DNA of 64,000 nt from Candidatus Sabulitectum sp. (GCA_023139045.1 JAGLOJ010000044.1:23274-87273), one strand, 5' to 3'. Shown: positions 36,838-47,191, counted from the first letter of the stretch. Translations and numbers: made by a program. The notes: a model not told the origin generated them from the letters alone.

Positions 36838-38463
36838 TCAGTGAGGGCCGATGGCTCTGCAGTTGTCCGGCGGCAGTGAATCAACAGCCATGTAACCATC
36901 AGGCACATTGCCTGTAAATTCGTAGATGATGGTGTTGTCGGATTCTGTTCTCCAGACTTCCGTGATGAATGGCGGGGGATCGATTACATCCCAGGAAGTG
37001 CCATCGGGAGATCTTCTCCAGCACCTGGAAAGCCAGGGCCTTAAAGTCGGGAGGTCTCTGTCGACCACCATATACTGCACATTGTGTTTCTCAAGATAGG
37101 GCCAGAGGAGCATTTCGTAGTCGTTGGGCCAGGCAAGAGTTGGCTTCCGGTAGATCCAGTGAAACAGTTCCACATTCGGATAGGTGCAGACCCATGCCGA
37201 GTCAGAAGCATTCTCCTCTACCCATACGGCGACCACCCTGGCCTCTGCGGCTCTCGCCCTGCTTTCCGTCTGCATTACCCTGATGAAAGGGGCGGCAAGA
37301 ATCAGAATACATATCAGTATTATCCAGTACAGAAGAACTCTTCCCTGTGGTCTTTGTATTGTTTCCTTGAATCCTGCAGCTCCAATTCCAACAACTGCTG
37401 GAACGGCGATGGTCAGATATCTGCCGGCGTGCTGGTGCAGAACAAGAGCAAGAAGTACCGGTCCAATGGCAATTAGCGGAAGAAGCATTTTCCGTCTGGT
37501 TTTTAGAGAAAGCAAGGCGATCATTCCCGGCACCATGAAGAGTACGAGGGTGGGCTGCCCAAATATTTCTCCCCGGTGAGTACTGCCCAGCGTAAAGGGC
37601 TCTATCACTCTGAGAATACCTGCACCGAGATATTTTGCAACCGCTGCAGACCCCTGATTGTTCCACATGTCTGAAGGGGATGGGGCTGTCTCACGAACAC
37701 TCCATGCAGACCAGTGGTTCTCGTTGAGAAGAAACTGACCATTCTGGCTGTGAGTAGGGCTTCCAAATTCATTCATGTTCCTGATCAACCACGGAGATAC
37801 AATAATCAGAGCTGTCACTCCGCAGAGGATGGCCTTCAGCCACTTTTTTTTACCGCCCTTCAGAAGTATCCACACGCCCATTGCGGGCACAGCAAGCACT
37901 CCCTGGGTTCTGGTCAGATAGAGAAAACCGGACATAGCCCCAAGAACGAATGCCCTCTTCCAGGATATCTCTTCCCTGTCAGCCACGATGAGTATCAGAT
38001 AAAACAGAGCTAGGTAAAGCATCAAGCTGTCCGGTTGAGTGGAGAACCATACGAATGGCGGATCCACCGCCAGATAACCAAACACCACCAGGGCAGCCTC
38101 TCTGCCGAATAGTTTTTTTGCCCAGTAAGCGCAGAAAAACATGGCCAGCAGTCCGTGGAACAACACCACCATTTGTGCCTGAACTATGCCAGTACCGAAA
38201 AGGGCAAATGCCGGCATCAGCAACAAAGCCATTGCTGGCTGCCTGTTTGCCTCCGGCCTCAGAAACTCATCCGATGGATCGTAAAGGGTCCATTTTACGA
38301 ATGTCTTAAACCCAAGACCCCTCTTAAGGTTGTCTGCCAGAAGAATATGTGAGGCCATGCCATCACCGGCTGGAATCGGGTTACGAAGAACCACCCATCC
38401 GCGGATAAGAACTCCGACTAACAGTATGAGAACTGTCGCAAGAAGAAAAGTTTTTTTACTCAT
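36838..38463 (-). CDS. Membrane glycosyltransferase of the ArnT/PMT type (GT39/GT83-like)
   Basis: 541-aa polytopic protein. An N-terminal TM is followed by the loop RNPIPAGDGMASH. Many TM helices fill the N-terminal two thirds, and a soluble C-terminal domain follows. Confidence 0.6.
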   Translation of the reverse strand: MSKKTFLLATVLILLVGVLIRGWVVLRNPIPAGDGMASHILLADNLKRGLGFKTFVKWTLYDPSDEFLRPEANRQPAMALLLMPAFALFGTGIVQAQMVVLFHGLLAMFFCAYWAKKLFGREAALVVFGYLAVDPPFVWFSTQPDSLMLYLALFYLILIVADREEISWKRAFVLGAMSGFLYLTRTQGVLAVPAMGVWILLKGGKKKWLKAILCGVTALIIVSPWLIRNMNEFGSPTHSQNGQFLLNENHWSAWSVRETAPSPSDMWNNQGSAAVAKYLGAGILRVIEPFTLGSTHRGEIFGQPTLVLFMVPGMIALLSLKTRRKMLLPLIAIGPVLLALVLHQHAGRYLTIAVPAVVGIGAAGFKETIQRPQGRVLLYWIILICILILAAPFIRVMQTESRARAAEARVVAVWVEENASDSAWVCTYPNVELFHWIYRKPTLAWPNDYEMLLWPYLEKHNVQYMVVDRDLPTLRPWLSRCWRRSPDGTSWDVIDPPPFITEVWRTESDNTIIYEFTGNVPDGYMAVDSLPPDNCRAIGPH

Positions 38464-38555
38464 GACTGCTAATTTACTTCAAACACCCTTCGCTGGCAAA
38501 GTCACACCTTGACTTGATATGGTGGTTGACGGTAGAGAATGGTGGGAGGTGTCTG

Positions 38556-39326
38556 ATGGAACTTAAGATTGCCACCTGGAATGTAAACTCCGTGAGGGCA
38601 AGAATACCGGTAATTACCAACTGGATTGAAAAGGAAAAACCTGATATCCTGTGTATGCAGGAATTGAAAGCTACTGACAAACAGTTTCCCCTGAAAGAAT
38701 TCAGCGCTCTTGGTTACCACTCGGCTGTGAATGGACAGGTAAGGTGGAATGGTGTTGCCATCATTTCAAAAAATCCCATTAGCGATATTCAAACCGACCT
38801 GTCCGGTTTTCTTCCCGAGCAGAGCAGAATGATCTCAGCCTCTGTTTACGGAATCAAACTGATCAATGTGTATGTACCCAACGGCGGTGATGTTGATCAA
38901 CCAAGGTTTCAGGAGAAACTCAGTTACTACGAGATACTGAGGGAATATGCTCTTGCCTTCCCCGGGCCGACTGTAATACTGGGCGACTTCAATGTAGCCC
39001 CCGGTCCAATTGACACACACTCCCCGGAGGAGCAGGATGGTATGCTGTGTTACCATCCCCTGGAACGGGAGCAGATTCAGAAGTTTGCAGAAGCAGGTTT
39101 CACAGATGTCTTCAGGCAATTCCACCCTGAAGGGCAGGCATACAGCTGGTGGGACTACCGGGCTGCCTCCTTCAGGCGCAAGAGAGGTATGAGGCTTGAC
39201 CTTGTACTGGCCGACAATTCTGCCGGCAGAATGATAACCCATTGCTCCATAGACACGGAACCAAGGGGCTGGGAGAGACCTTCCGATCACACCCCGGTAG
39301 TATTCAATATTCAAGTTTCGGAATAG
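38556..39326 (+). CDS. xthA: Exodeoxyribonuclease III
   Basis: N-terminus LKIATWNVNSVRARI...ILCMQELK. The motifs GDFNV and SDHTPV are present. The ribosome-binding site GGGAGG lies upstream. Confidence 0.9.
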   Translation: MELKIATWNVNSVRARIPVITNWIEKEKPDILCMQELKATDKQFPLKEFSALGYHSAVNGQVRWNGVAIISKNPISDIQTDLSGFLPEQSRMISASVYGIKLINVYVPNGGDVDQPRFQEKLSYYEILREYALAFPGPTVILGDFNVAPGPIDTHSPEEQDGMLCYHPLEREQIQKFAEAGFTDVFRQFHPEGQAYSWWDYRAASFRRKRGMRLDLVLADNSAGRMITHCSIDTEPRGWERPSDHTPVVFNIQVSE

Positions 39327-39381
39327 AAGATAGTTCAGGATAGTATCAGAATTATAGACAGTTCACCGAAAGGATTGAAAA

Positions 39382-40317
39382 GTGAAAAACGTGCTGCTGG
39401 CAATACTTGTACTCAGTGCAATCGCATGCAGTGAGACAGATACAGAGATAGAGCGAGAACTCGCACCTGTTCAGGTTCATGAATGGGGTGTACTTACCTG
39501 GAGCGGGGATAATCCGGTTCTCTCTGCTGTGCCGGGAACTGCTTCTCCTGAATCCCTGCTGCCCGATCATCCAATTACCGATGAAGATGGTTTCCTGCTC
39601 AGAGCTCCAGTCCTCTACTTTCATGGCCCGGCATTCTCCGGATCTGTCACTGTGAAAACGGACAATGGCTCCATATTCGACATCTACCCCCCTGTCCCCG
39701 ATGAGGACAGAAACTACAACTATTGCACCTGGACAGCGGACTTTGGCTATGAGCCTGTTGAAGAGTATCCCAATTTTAACGGGATGGCTCCAGGTGAATG
39801 GAATTACGATCTCTGGAGAACGAGTGATGCCCTCAGCATCAGCCGGGCCGATGGCTGGGCTGACAAGTTTCTCTACTATGAAACTGCTCCGGCCAGTACA
39901 GACTTCCTGCCCTACAGACCGGGCATGGAATCTCTGTGTGAAGAACACATGGATATCAAAGCACTTGTAATAAAAAATGGGCGCGACGGTGTTTTCTACT
40001 CACACTGCACCCTTCGGGATATTGTGTATGGCGGAGATATTGAGGCAAAAGACATGAAATCTGACGACATCCTGAGAATCCTGTACGACTGGTCGATTGA
40101 TGTAATCTATTTCGAAGAAGTTGATGCACTGTGGAACACATGGTCAAGCTGGGTACTGCGTGATCACATGAATGAACCCGCCTACAGCAACGGCCTTGTA
40201 ATGTACGTGATTCCTGCTGAACTTACTGAAAAACTCAGCACTATCTCTGTTGTTCCAGATGGTTCTCACTACACTGTTGATATTTCACGCTACCTTATCG
40301 TAGCAATGCCCCTGTAG
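39382..40317 (+). CDS. Secreted protein of unknown function, paralog A of a tandem triplet
   Basis: Signal peptide and lipobox-like AIAC. Shared motifs VHEWGV, PVLYFHG, WR and KFLYYE. Confidence 0.6.
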   Translation: MKNVLLAILVLSAIACSETDTEIERELAPVQVHEWGVLTWSGDNPVLSAVPGTASPESLLPDHPITDEDGFLLRAPVLYFHGPAFSGSVTVKTDNGSIFDIYPPVPDEDRNYNYCTWTADFGYEPVEEYPNFNGMAPGEWNYDLWRTSDALSISRADGWADKFLYYETAPASTDFLPYRPGMESLCEEHMDIKALVIKNGRDGVFYSHCTLRDIVYGGDIEAKDMKSDDILRILYDWSIDVIYFEEVDALWNTWSSWVLRDHMNEPAYSNGLVMYVIPAELTEKLSTISVVPDGSHYTVDISRYLIVAMPL

Positions 40318-40328
40318 AGGAGGAGACA

Positions 40329-41288
40329 ATGCTACCACTTCTGTTCCCATTCATTGCAGATACGGTCATAGCTCCACCGCCGGATTACGAGGATCTGTTC
40401 GTTAACGAATGGGGAGTTGTTGTGTTCACTTCAGAGGGAACAACTCTGGCGGGTGCTCCTGACGAAAACGGAAATGTTTACTACGGCAGGGAAGTCTTCG
40501 GACCACTGCTTGTAGACGCCCCGGTCATATGGATCCATGGAGCATTCTTTGAAGATGCAACCTTTACAGTAAAAGCAGCTCAGGGATGGCTTACTACCCT
40601 GTTCCCCCAGCCAGATGTCACGTTAGGCGATGACAGGCCTGTAGTTGCTTCCTGGAACATTTCCGCACCCCCTCCCTATCCACGACGAGAAAGACCTGAA
40701 TTAATTGTTCCGCCTGATACCCCATTTGGCTGGGCAATGGGATTCTGGAGGCAGGTACCAAGTCTGGATCTTTTCTCCGCAGGCAGCGGTGAGTACATGG
40801 CCAACTTTCTCTACTACGAAGCAGGTATTTCCTACTGGGAGGTTCCTGATGGTATCTACGATGCGAAGATTCTTGCCGCAAACTATGCTTCAGATGGTCT
40901 ACTGATTACCACTGGTAATGAACCGCAAGTAAAAAGAATCCAGTTGATACCCCTTCCTGACGGATCCGGTATACCGGGCAACCAGACGGATCGGCTCTCC
41001 GACGAGGAGATATGTGAAGTTATTTGCGGCTGGGCTGCAGGCAACCTTAAATCTCAGGAGATCACGGCTCTCTGGCAGACCTGGGAACCATTTTTCTCCA
41101 CATCCATCGTGGATATGAACGATGAATATGTTCACGACCGCAGGGGAATAGAAGAGAAATGGATTCTCTTCCCGCTGCCCTGGGATGTTGTGGAGGAAAT
41201 CAGCACCATTCACCTTGAAGTTCACGACTCAGTTGACAGAAATATCACTTACAACAGACTCTTCCTGGGTCTGGTAAGGGTGTACTGA
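40329..41288 (+). CDS. Secreted protein of unknown function, paralog B
   Basis: Shared motifs VNEWGVV, PVIWIHG, FWRQV and NFLYYE. Confidence 0.6.
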   Translation: MLPLLFPFIADTVIAPPPDYEDLFVNEWGVVVFTSEGTTLAGAPDENGNVYYGREVFGPLLVDAPVIWIHGAFFEDATFTVKAAQGWLTTLFPQPDVTLGDDRPVVASWNISAPPPYPRRERPELIVPPDTPFGWAMGFWRQVPSLDLFSAGSGEYMANFLYYEAGISYWEVPDGIYDAKILAANYASDGLLITTGNEPQVKRIQLIPLPDGSGIPGNQTDRLSDEEICEVICGWAAGNLKSQEITALWQTWEPFFSTSIVDMNDEYVHDRRGIEEKWILFPLPWDVVEEISTIHLEVHDSVDRNITYNRLFLGLVRVY

Positions 41289-41289
41289 C

Positions 41290-42144
41290 ATGATCACGAC
41301 TACACTGCTTATTCTATTGGCAGGGCTTCAAGTACACGAGTGGGGTGTTATCACACAAACACCACTTGCATTCGGCGGGGCTATCCCGGAGTTGCAACCA
41401 TGGGAAAATGAGTTTGAAGATAAAGCCCCGGTTATCTACTTCCATGGAGATCCCTGCACAGTAACAGTCAGGATCAATTTTCCGAGAATGGGATATGCGA
41501 CCAGCGTGCTTCCTGAAGCAGATGAAGGAGGTTCAAACTCCACTTACATCGTATGGAAAGATCTTGAACTCACAGAATCACCAGAGCCTGATCTCACCGA
41601 AGGATGGGCTCAGTGTGAGGATCTGGAATACCCGATTCCTCTCTGGCGACAGGTTGATGCACTTTGCGTAACAGCAGGCGACAGATACGATCGCTTCCTG
41701 TACTACGGGTGTGTTCCCGGCAGTCCGGGAGATCTGCCATTCATTAGTGAATCCGGTAATCAATCCTTCCGGATGCCCTATGGAGAGATCCCCTGTCTGG
41801 TACTCAAATCAGCTGGCGGAAGACCAATGTTTGGAGTCTTCACTCTGGCAGATATTATTACCAGTATACCCAAAGGTCTTCAATTCCTTGATGACCCGGT
41901 ACAACTGAAGCGAGAGCTGTGGCGCTGGGCAGAAGGTGATTTGACTGAGGGCGAATTCAACAGTTTCTGGAACACCTGGGAAAGTAAATTCCTCTCTGAC
42001 TCCTCCACCGATGTGATGATCCTTTACCGGGTTCCCGAAGAGATCGTTGAACGTATAGCAACAATAGAAATAATTCCAGACACCCGGATGGATGTTGAAA
42101 TTAAACGCTTCATCGTTGCAGAGTTACCTTACAGAACACCATAA
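41290..42144 (+). CDS. Secreted protein of unknown function, paralog C
   Basis: Shared motifs VHEWGVI, PVIYFHG, LWRQV and RFLYYG. Confidence 0.6.
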   Translation: MITTTLLILLAGLQVHEWGVITQTPLAFGGAIPELQPWENEFEDKAPVIYFHGDPCTVTVRINFPRMGYATSVLPEADEGGSNSTYIVWKDLELTESPEPDLTEGWAQCEDLEYPIPLWRQVDALCVTAGDRYDRFLYYGCVPGSPGDLPFISESGNQSFRMPYGEIPCLVLKSAGGRPMFGVFTLADIITSIPKGLQFLDDPVQLKRELWRWAEGDLTEGEFNSFWNTWESKFLSDSSTDVMILYRVPEEIVERIATIEIIPDTRMDVEIKRFIVAELPYRTP

Positions 42145-42530
42145 CCCATGTAAATGACACTGCAGAGGAGTCCGATCGATTCCTCTGCAGTTTGTCCTTA
42201 TATAGGACCGCTTATTGCTTGTGTATTATTGCCATATTATGTATTTGCTTCTCAATTACTATCATTTTTCTACCTACTGTTATGTTTTTTTACGCTGTTT
42301 ACAATTCTTCATTTACAAGAGCAGCACACAACATAACCATGAATTTATGGCTGGTGGAAAACGTCTCTCGTTGATATAACATACTACTGCGATACGTATT
42401 TATGGATCAGGGTAGAATCTATCAAAACAATAAAAAGATGTGTATTCCACACACATTTTTTATATATTCACAGTGCTGCTTGAGAATTTAGAGGTTACAA
42501 CACATAGTCATTGAACAGTTGGAGCTCAAC

Positions 42531-43895
42531 ATGAAAGCATACGATGTAATTATTATCGGCGGTGGCCCCTCAGGGATCATAACCGGAGTTACCGCACAGA
42601 AGCAGAATCCTGACAGATCATTTCTGATGATCAAGGAAGAAGAAAAAGAGCTTGTACCCTGTGGTATTCCATATGTCTTTCACGATCTGGATGATGTATC
42701 CCAAAACAAGATGGGACCCGCTCCATTTGTTAAAGCTGGCGGCGAGGTCATTGTTGATAAGGTTACAGATATCAATATCATGGCAAAAACACTCCGGACT
42801 TCAACCGGCGCAGAGATGTCTTACCGTAAACTTATTTTCGCAACCGGTTCTGTCCCGATAGTTCCGACTTTCATCAAGGGCTACGATCTTGAAAATGTCG
42901 AACTCATTCCTAAAAGCTATGATTACATCGCTGGCTTGAAAGATAGAATACTTTCTTCAGAAAATATTGTTGTTATCGGTGGCGGGTTCATCGGTGCTGA
43001 GGTTGCGGAACAGATAGCCAAACACAAGAACAAGAAAGTAACTCTGGTTGAGATACAGGATCACTGCCTTGGCCAGGCATTTTCACCTGATTTTGCAGTG
43101 CTTGCTGACAAAAATCTAAGGGAAATAGGAGTGCGTGTTCTCACTGGAAATACTGTTGAAGAATTAATCGGCAGCGATGGAAAAGTACACTCTGTTAAGC
43201 TGAAAAGCGGTGAGACGATTGAAACAGACATGGTTATTTCTGCAATTGGATACAAACCCAACACTGATCTTGCAAAAAGGGCAGGCCTGCCGCTTGCAAA
43301 GAACGGAACTATCAGAGTAGACAAATTCATGCGTACAGATGAAGAAGACGTATATGCAGTAGGTGATTGTTCCCAGACATTCGGTTTCATTACCGGTAGA
43401 ACAGACAACATCATGCTGGCATCAACGGCAACTGCCGAAGCGCGCATTCTCGGGTATAACCTCTATAAAATTGGAATTCTCAGAACATTCTCCGGAACTC
43501 TTTCTGTATTCTCAACGGAACTGAATGGTTATGCCTTTGCCTCAGCAGGAGCTATTGAGCAAACTGCCGAGGCAGACAGGGTGGATTATGTAACCGGTAG
43601 TTTCGCAGACGTGGACAGACACCCGGGAGCATTGCCCGGTGCAAAGGAAATCCGTATAAAGATAATTGTCTCGCCCAAGAACGGTGAAATCATCGGTGGC
43701 GAAATTTACGGTGGAAAATCGATAGGTGAGATGATTAACATCATTGCCCTGGCAATTCAGAAATACGTAACAGTGTATGAACTTGTTTCTTTCCAGGTGG
43801 GAACACATCCCCTTCTCACCACAGCACCGACCAAGTACTCACTTATCAAAGCATGCGAAGATGCAATTTCCAAGATAAACTGTATTCAGCAATAG
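42531..43895 (+). CDS. FAD-dependent pyridine nucleotide-disulfide oxidoreductase (NADH oxidase / CoA-disulfide reductase family)
   Basis: FAD site VIIIGGGPSG. NAD site VVIGGGFIGAEVAEQ. An AVGD motif is present. Confidence 0.85.
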   Translation: MKAYDVIIIGGGPSGIITGVTAQKQNPDRSFLMIKEEEKELVPCGIPYVFHDLDDVSQNKMGPAPFVKAGGEVIVDKVTDINIMAKTLRTSTGAEMSYRKLIFATGSVPIVPTFIKGYDLENVELIPKSYDYIAGLKDRILSSENIVVIGGGFIGAEVAEQIAKHKNKKVTLVEIQDHCLGQAFSPDFAVLADKNLREIGVRVLTGNTVEELIGSDGKVHSVKLKSGETIETDMVISAIGYKPNTDLAKRAGLPLAKNGTIRVDKFMRTDEEDVYAVGDCSQTFGFITGRTDNIMLASTATAEARILGYNLYKIGILRTFSGTLSVFSTELNGYAFASAGAIEQTAEADRVDYVTGSFADVDRHPGALPGAKEIRIKIIVSPKNGEIIGGEIYGGKSIGEMINIIALAIQKYVTVYELVSFQVGTHPLLTTAPTKYSLIKACEDAISKINCIQQ

Positions 43896-43898
43896 TTG

Positions 43899-43966
43899 CT
43901 CTATCTGCTCGATTGAGTTTATTTTTTGGGAGGGGGGGGGAGAGCGATCGGCTCCCCCCCCCTCAT
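43899..43966. terminator. Homopolymer-rich hairpin between convergent genes: T6-GGGAGGGGGGGGG-AGAGCGATCGGCTC-CCCCCCCCCCTC
   Basis: A G-run and a C-run form a long GC stem around a small internal palindrome. It sits directly after the nox stop. Confidence 0.45.
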
Positions 43967-44152
43967 CACTGAGTTCAGACTAAATCATTAACTGCCACTG
44001 TAATCTCTCAGTGCAGTATCAGTATTCTCATTTCCTTCGACAGGCAACAGGTTACAGTAAGTGATGTTGCAGCCCATGATGAAGGAAATGTACCAAATGA
44101 AAAGAATCAGGCAGGCGGTAGTATTATTCCCACCCACCGCTTGTCAGTCTGA

Positions 44153-46198
44153 TCAGTTGGTTACAACCAGCTTGCTTACTGCCGCAGCGGAACCCGCTTC
44201 AAGTCGAACAAAGTAAATTCCAGGCTGAACAGCGTCAGTACGACCACTTGTGTTCCAGATAACTGCGCATGAACCTTCAAGAGTCTGATTCCAGACGAGT
44301 CTTCCGGAAACATCAAAGATGGAAATCTTTCCTGCAGAGGCTGTGAAGTTTGCAGCGAAAGACACAGACTCTCCGGCGGCCACCGGGTTTGGGAAGGGCC
44401 CGGAAAGAGAAATTGCAATGGGGCTGATTAGTCCATGTGCAGCTTCTTCTATCCCGGTAGATCCATCCCGGGGAATTAATGTGGGATCATGGAAGCCGTG
44501 CCAGTTCAGAATACAGTACAGCTCTCTGTCATAGCCACCTGTCCAAAGAGGAACTCTACGGTCTTTAGACGTGGCAAATGCTTCGCCTATAAAGGAATTA
44601 CCATTTTCGTAAACTTCTTCTGTGAGGTAAACGCACATCCACTCACTAACGCCCATTTCAGGGATGTTGCCCTCCCAGCCATAACTGGTGTTGAACATTA
44701 CCGATACCGCGCCACCATCTACATTGTGCACGAGAGCCTCAGCACAGCATTCACCGTCATGGAAGGCTCCAGGCATACATGCTATGCTGTGATGAACACC
44801 GGCTTTATCGCCATTGGTCAGGCTCTGAGCAATTGAATTAGTCATCATGGATGAAGGTGAACCCTCCCAGTAAATACCGCTGGTATTGCCATGTCCAGCA
44901 TAGTGTACCCAGTTGGTTCCGCTGTTGATAATATCTGTCGGAGTGGTGAAGCCATCACCGGACCTGGCTGTTTCATAGGCTTTATTCACAATCCATCCGG
45001 TTGGAAGATTAACTGCGATTGAATCACAAACCCTCGCTCCTGTATACCCGGGAAACAAGCCTGCTCCGCAGAGCATGGCAGTTGTCTGCCAGTCTCCAGC
45101 AGGAGGTGAACTCTCATACATCATGGTTCTCTCCACAAAAAGAGCTGCTTCACCGACTGTGTCAAACAGGGCTCTGCCAACGGACACATCTGCATAAAGA
45201 TCCAGATCATCATTGGTCTGACCGTAACTGTGGTCACCACTGGCATCCCATGTGCCATCCAGGTCGCTGAAGTAAAGATCAATCGGCACATTATCAGTGT
45301 ATCCCTCGCATGACAGATTAACCATTCGTACAGGAATGATATTCTGATCCCCGGCAAGGAGAACATGTTGAATGCCATCATTGCTGTATCTTTCAATGAT
45401 GTAATTCCTGAGCTTCTCCGCATCATCATATCCCGAAGTGCCGGAGAGAACATCAGCGATGTCAACCAGTTCTGTGCTGATCCCCTGTGAATTCTTGAAT
45501 ACGACAAAAGCAGTGAAGAGATCGGAATAATCACCGGCAGTAATCACAACGTAATCCACTGCATCAAAACCAAGTGGTGACGGACTGTACTGCTGAATAT
45601 CTTCAGGATTATCAATCCATCCCCTGAGCTGTTCCCCGGCACTCTCCACCTGAGCAGGAGAAACAGTACTGGAGATTCCTTCGCTCCAGGTCACAGTTAC
45701 ATCAACTGATTCGACAAACTCAAGCTCTCTGGAAACCGGATTGTACCTGTAGGGATACACCAGAAAACTTACAATGGCATAGCCCGATTTGTTACCGGTT
45801 CTCAGATTCTGTACCCGTTCCGCCGGCCAGAACTCATTAATCCCGTAGATTGATGGATTCCCACGGATAATCTCGGCAGTTGCAGGAACTGCGCTGAAAG
45901 GTCTCGGAACAGCGACTGGTTGAACAATACCTGATACTGCAACGGTTCCCCCATCCGCAGTTGTTGCAGAAAGAGACACATTTTCAGCACCGGCTGGAAC
46001 AACAAGCGCAACGACTCTTGCGGGAAGCAGCGGCTCGCCCGGCAATCCTGCAGATTGACAGTTGGAGAACTGGATTCTGGTATAACCCCTGTAGCTATGC
46101 TCAGTCAGTACATCATTCTGAAAATCAACATGGTAAGTAAGCTGCCCGGCAAAAGATGAAAGACAACTCAACAGAAGAACTGCAATAATCCTGCTCAC
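44153..46198 (-). CDS. Peptidase C25 (gingipain-like) with a type IX secretion system C-terminal sorting domain
   Basis: A signal peptide is present. The segment VLLAGDQNIIPVRMV, the His in YAGHGNTSG and the Cys in SIACMPGAF resemble the gingipain catalytic dyad region. The last 80 aa or so (KISIFDVSGRLV...GIYFVRLEAG...KLVV) match the Por_Secre_tail CTD. Confidence 0.75.
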   Translation of the reverse strand: MSRIIAVLLLSCLSSFAGQLTYHVDFQNDVLTEHSYRGYTRIQFSNCQSAGLPGEPLLPARVVALVVPAGAENVSLSATTADGGTVAVSGIVQPVAVPRPFSAVPATAEIIRGNPSIYGINEFWPAERVQNLRTGNKSGYAIVSFLVYPYRYNPVSRELEFVESVDVTVTWSEGISSTVSPAQVESAGEQLRGWIDNPEDIQQYSPSPLGFDAVDYVVITAGDYSDLFTAFVVFKNSQGISTELVDIADVLSGTSGYDDAEKLRNYIIERYSNDGIQHVLLAGDQNIIPVRMVNLSCEGYTDNVPIDLYFSDLDGTWDASGDHSYGQTNDDLDLYADVSVGRALFDTVGEAALFVERTMMYESSPPAGDWQTTAMLCGAGLFPGYTGARVCDSIAVNLPTGWIVNKAYETARSGDGFTTPTDIINSGTNWVHYAGHGNTSGIYWEGSPSSMMTNSIAQSLTNGDKAGVHHSIACMPGAFHDGECCAEALVHNVDGGAVSVMFNTSYGWEGNIPEMGVSEWMCVYLTEEVYENGNSFIGEAFATSKDRRVPLWTGGYDRELYCILNWHGFHDPTLIPRDGSTGIEEAAHGLISPIAISLSGPFPNPVAAGESVSFAANFTASAGKISIFDVSGRLVWNQTLEGSCAVIWNTSGRTDAVQPGIYFVRLEAGSAAAVSKLVVTN

Positions 46199-46245
46199 TG
46201 GAACACCTCTTTCAAAAAAGCGTGCGGGACGCTATTTATTAAAAC

Positions 46246-46712
46246 TTATTTAAATTCATCAGCTGCTTTCGAGTCCTTGGGAAACTCGCCGGAAACTGCA
46301 GGTTCGTTACGGCTGAACAACTCCTTAACAGAATCACTCTGAAGGGTCACGAGAGTAAAGACTCCCAGAATTGTTCCCATTGGCAGAAATATGCAAAGAA
46401 CTCCTGCCCCAAACAGGCAGACCTGGTAATCAGCTGTCTGTCCAGATTCCTTCCCGCAAGAAAAACAAGAACTGCCAGCCCCCACCCAGTCAGGATTATC
46501 AAACCGGCAACGGCAGAAAAAATTGCACCCGCAAACCCGAGAACAGGCAGATTCTCGCTGAATCCGCCAACAGTCATGGTGATACCCAAAGCAAGATGAA
46601 TCAGAGGTATGCATGCAATGAAAGCTATAATTCCTGCCATGATGTAGTGAAAGATCGAGAGTATATGAAGCGTGTCCCTGTCTGCGGTACTCATTAGTTC
46701 TCCTTCGAACAA
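46246..46712 (-). pseudogene. Small four-TM membrane protein, a paralog of the next gene, interrupted by a frameshift near 46440
   Basis: The N-terminal 121-aa ORF (MFEGELMSTADRDTLHIL...) and the C-terminal end of the overlapping 180-aa ORF (...DYQVCLFGAGVLCIFLPMGTILGVFTLVTL...) each align to one half of the intact paralog at 46745..47191. Confidence 0.5.
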
Positions 46713-46744
46713 GTACTGGTATTTTCTTCAGCCTGGAACTGAAA

Positions 46745-47191
46745 CTAATTGTTTCTTGAATCCTCTGACAGTTCACCGGAAGCTTCATTCCTGTTGAACA
46801 GTGCTTTCACCGAATCTTCCTGAAGAGTTATCAGTGTGAAAACTCCGAGAATAGTACCGAGAGGCATGAATATGCAGAGCACACCTGCCCCGATCATGCA
46901 GAACTGATACTTTGTCTGCCTGTCCAGATTCCTGCCGACAAAGAATATGAAAACAGCCAGCCCCCAGCCAATCAGAATAATCAGTGCTGCAACCAGGGTG
47001 AAAACGGCCCCAACTATCCCAAGAACAGGTTCATCACCTGTAATCGCTCCGACTGTGAGCGAAAGACCGACGGTGAGATGAATCAGAGGAATACAGGCAA
47101 CAAGGGCAATAAGCCCTGCGATAACGTAATGGAAGACAGCAAGCATGTGAAGGGTGTCTTTTCCCGGCACACTCATTAGTTCTCCTCTCAA
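46745..47191 (-). CDS. Small four-TM membrane protein of unknown function
   Basis: 148-aa intact ORF that is hydrophobic with a polar tail. It is the intact paralog of the frameshifted copy immediately downstream. Confidence 0.5.
   Translation of the reverse strand: MRGELMSVPGKDTLHMLAVFHYVIAGLIALVACIPLIHLTVGLSLTVGAITGDEPVLGIVGAVFTLVAALIILIGWGLAVFIFFVGRNLDRQTKYQFCMIGAGVLCIFMPLGTILGVFTLITLQEDSVKALFNRNEASGELSEDSRNN

Noticed and set aside
36969-37666. Several ORFs of 100-154 aa on both strands inside the ArnT-like glycosyltransferase gene
   Set aside because: They overlap a coherent 541-aa membrane protein ORF. Their composition is Arg/Ser/Cys-rich and typical of out-of-frame reads of GC-rich coding DNA.
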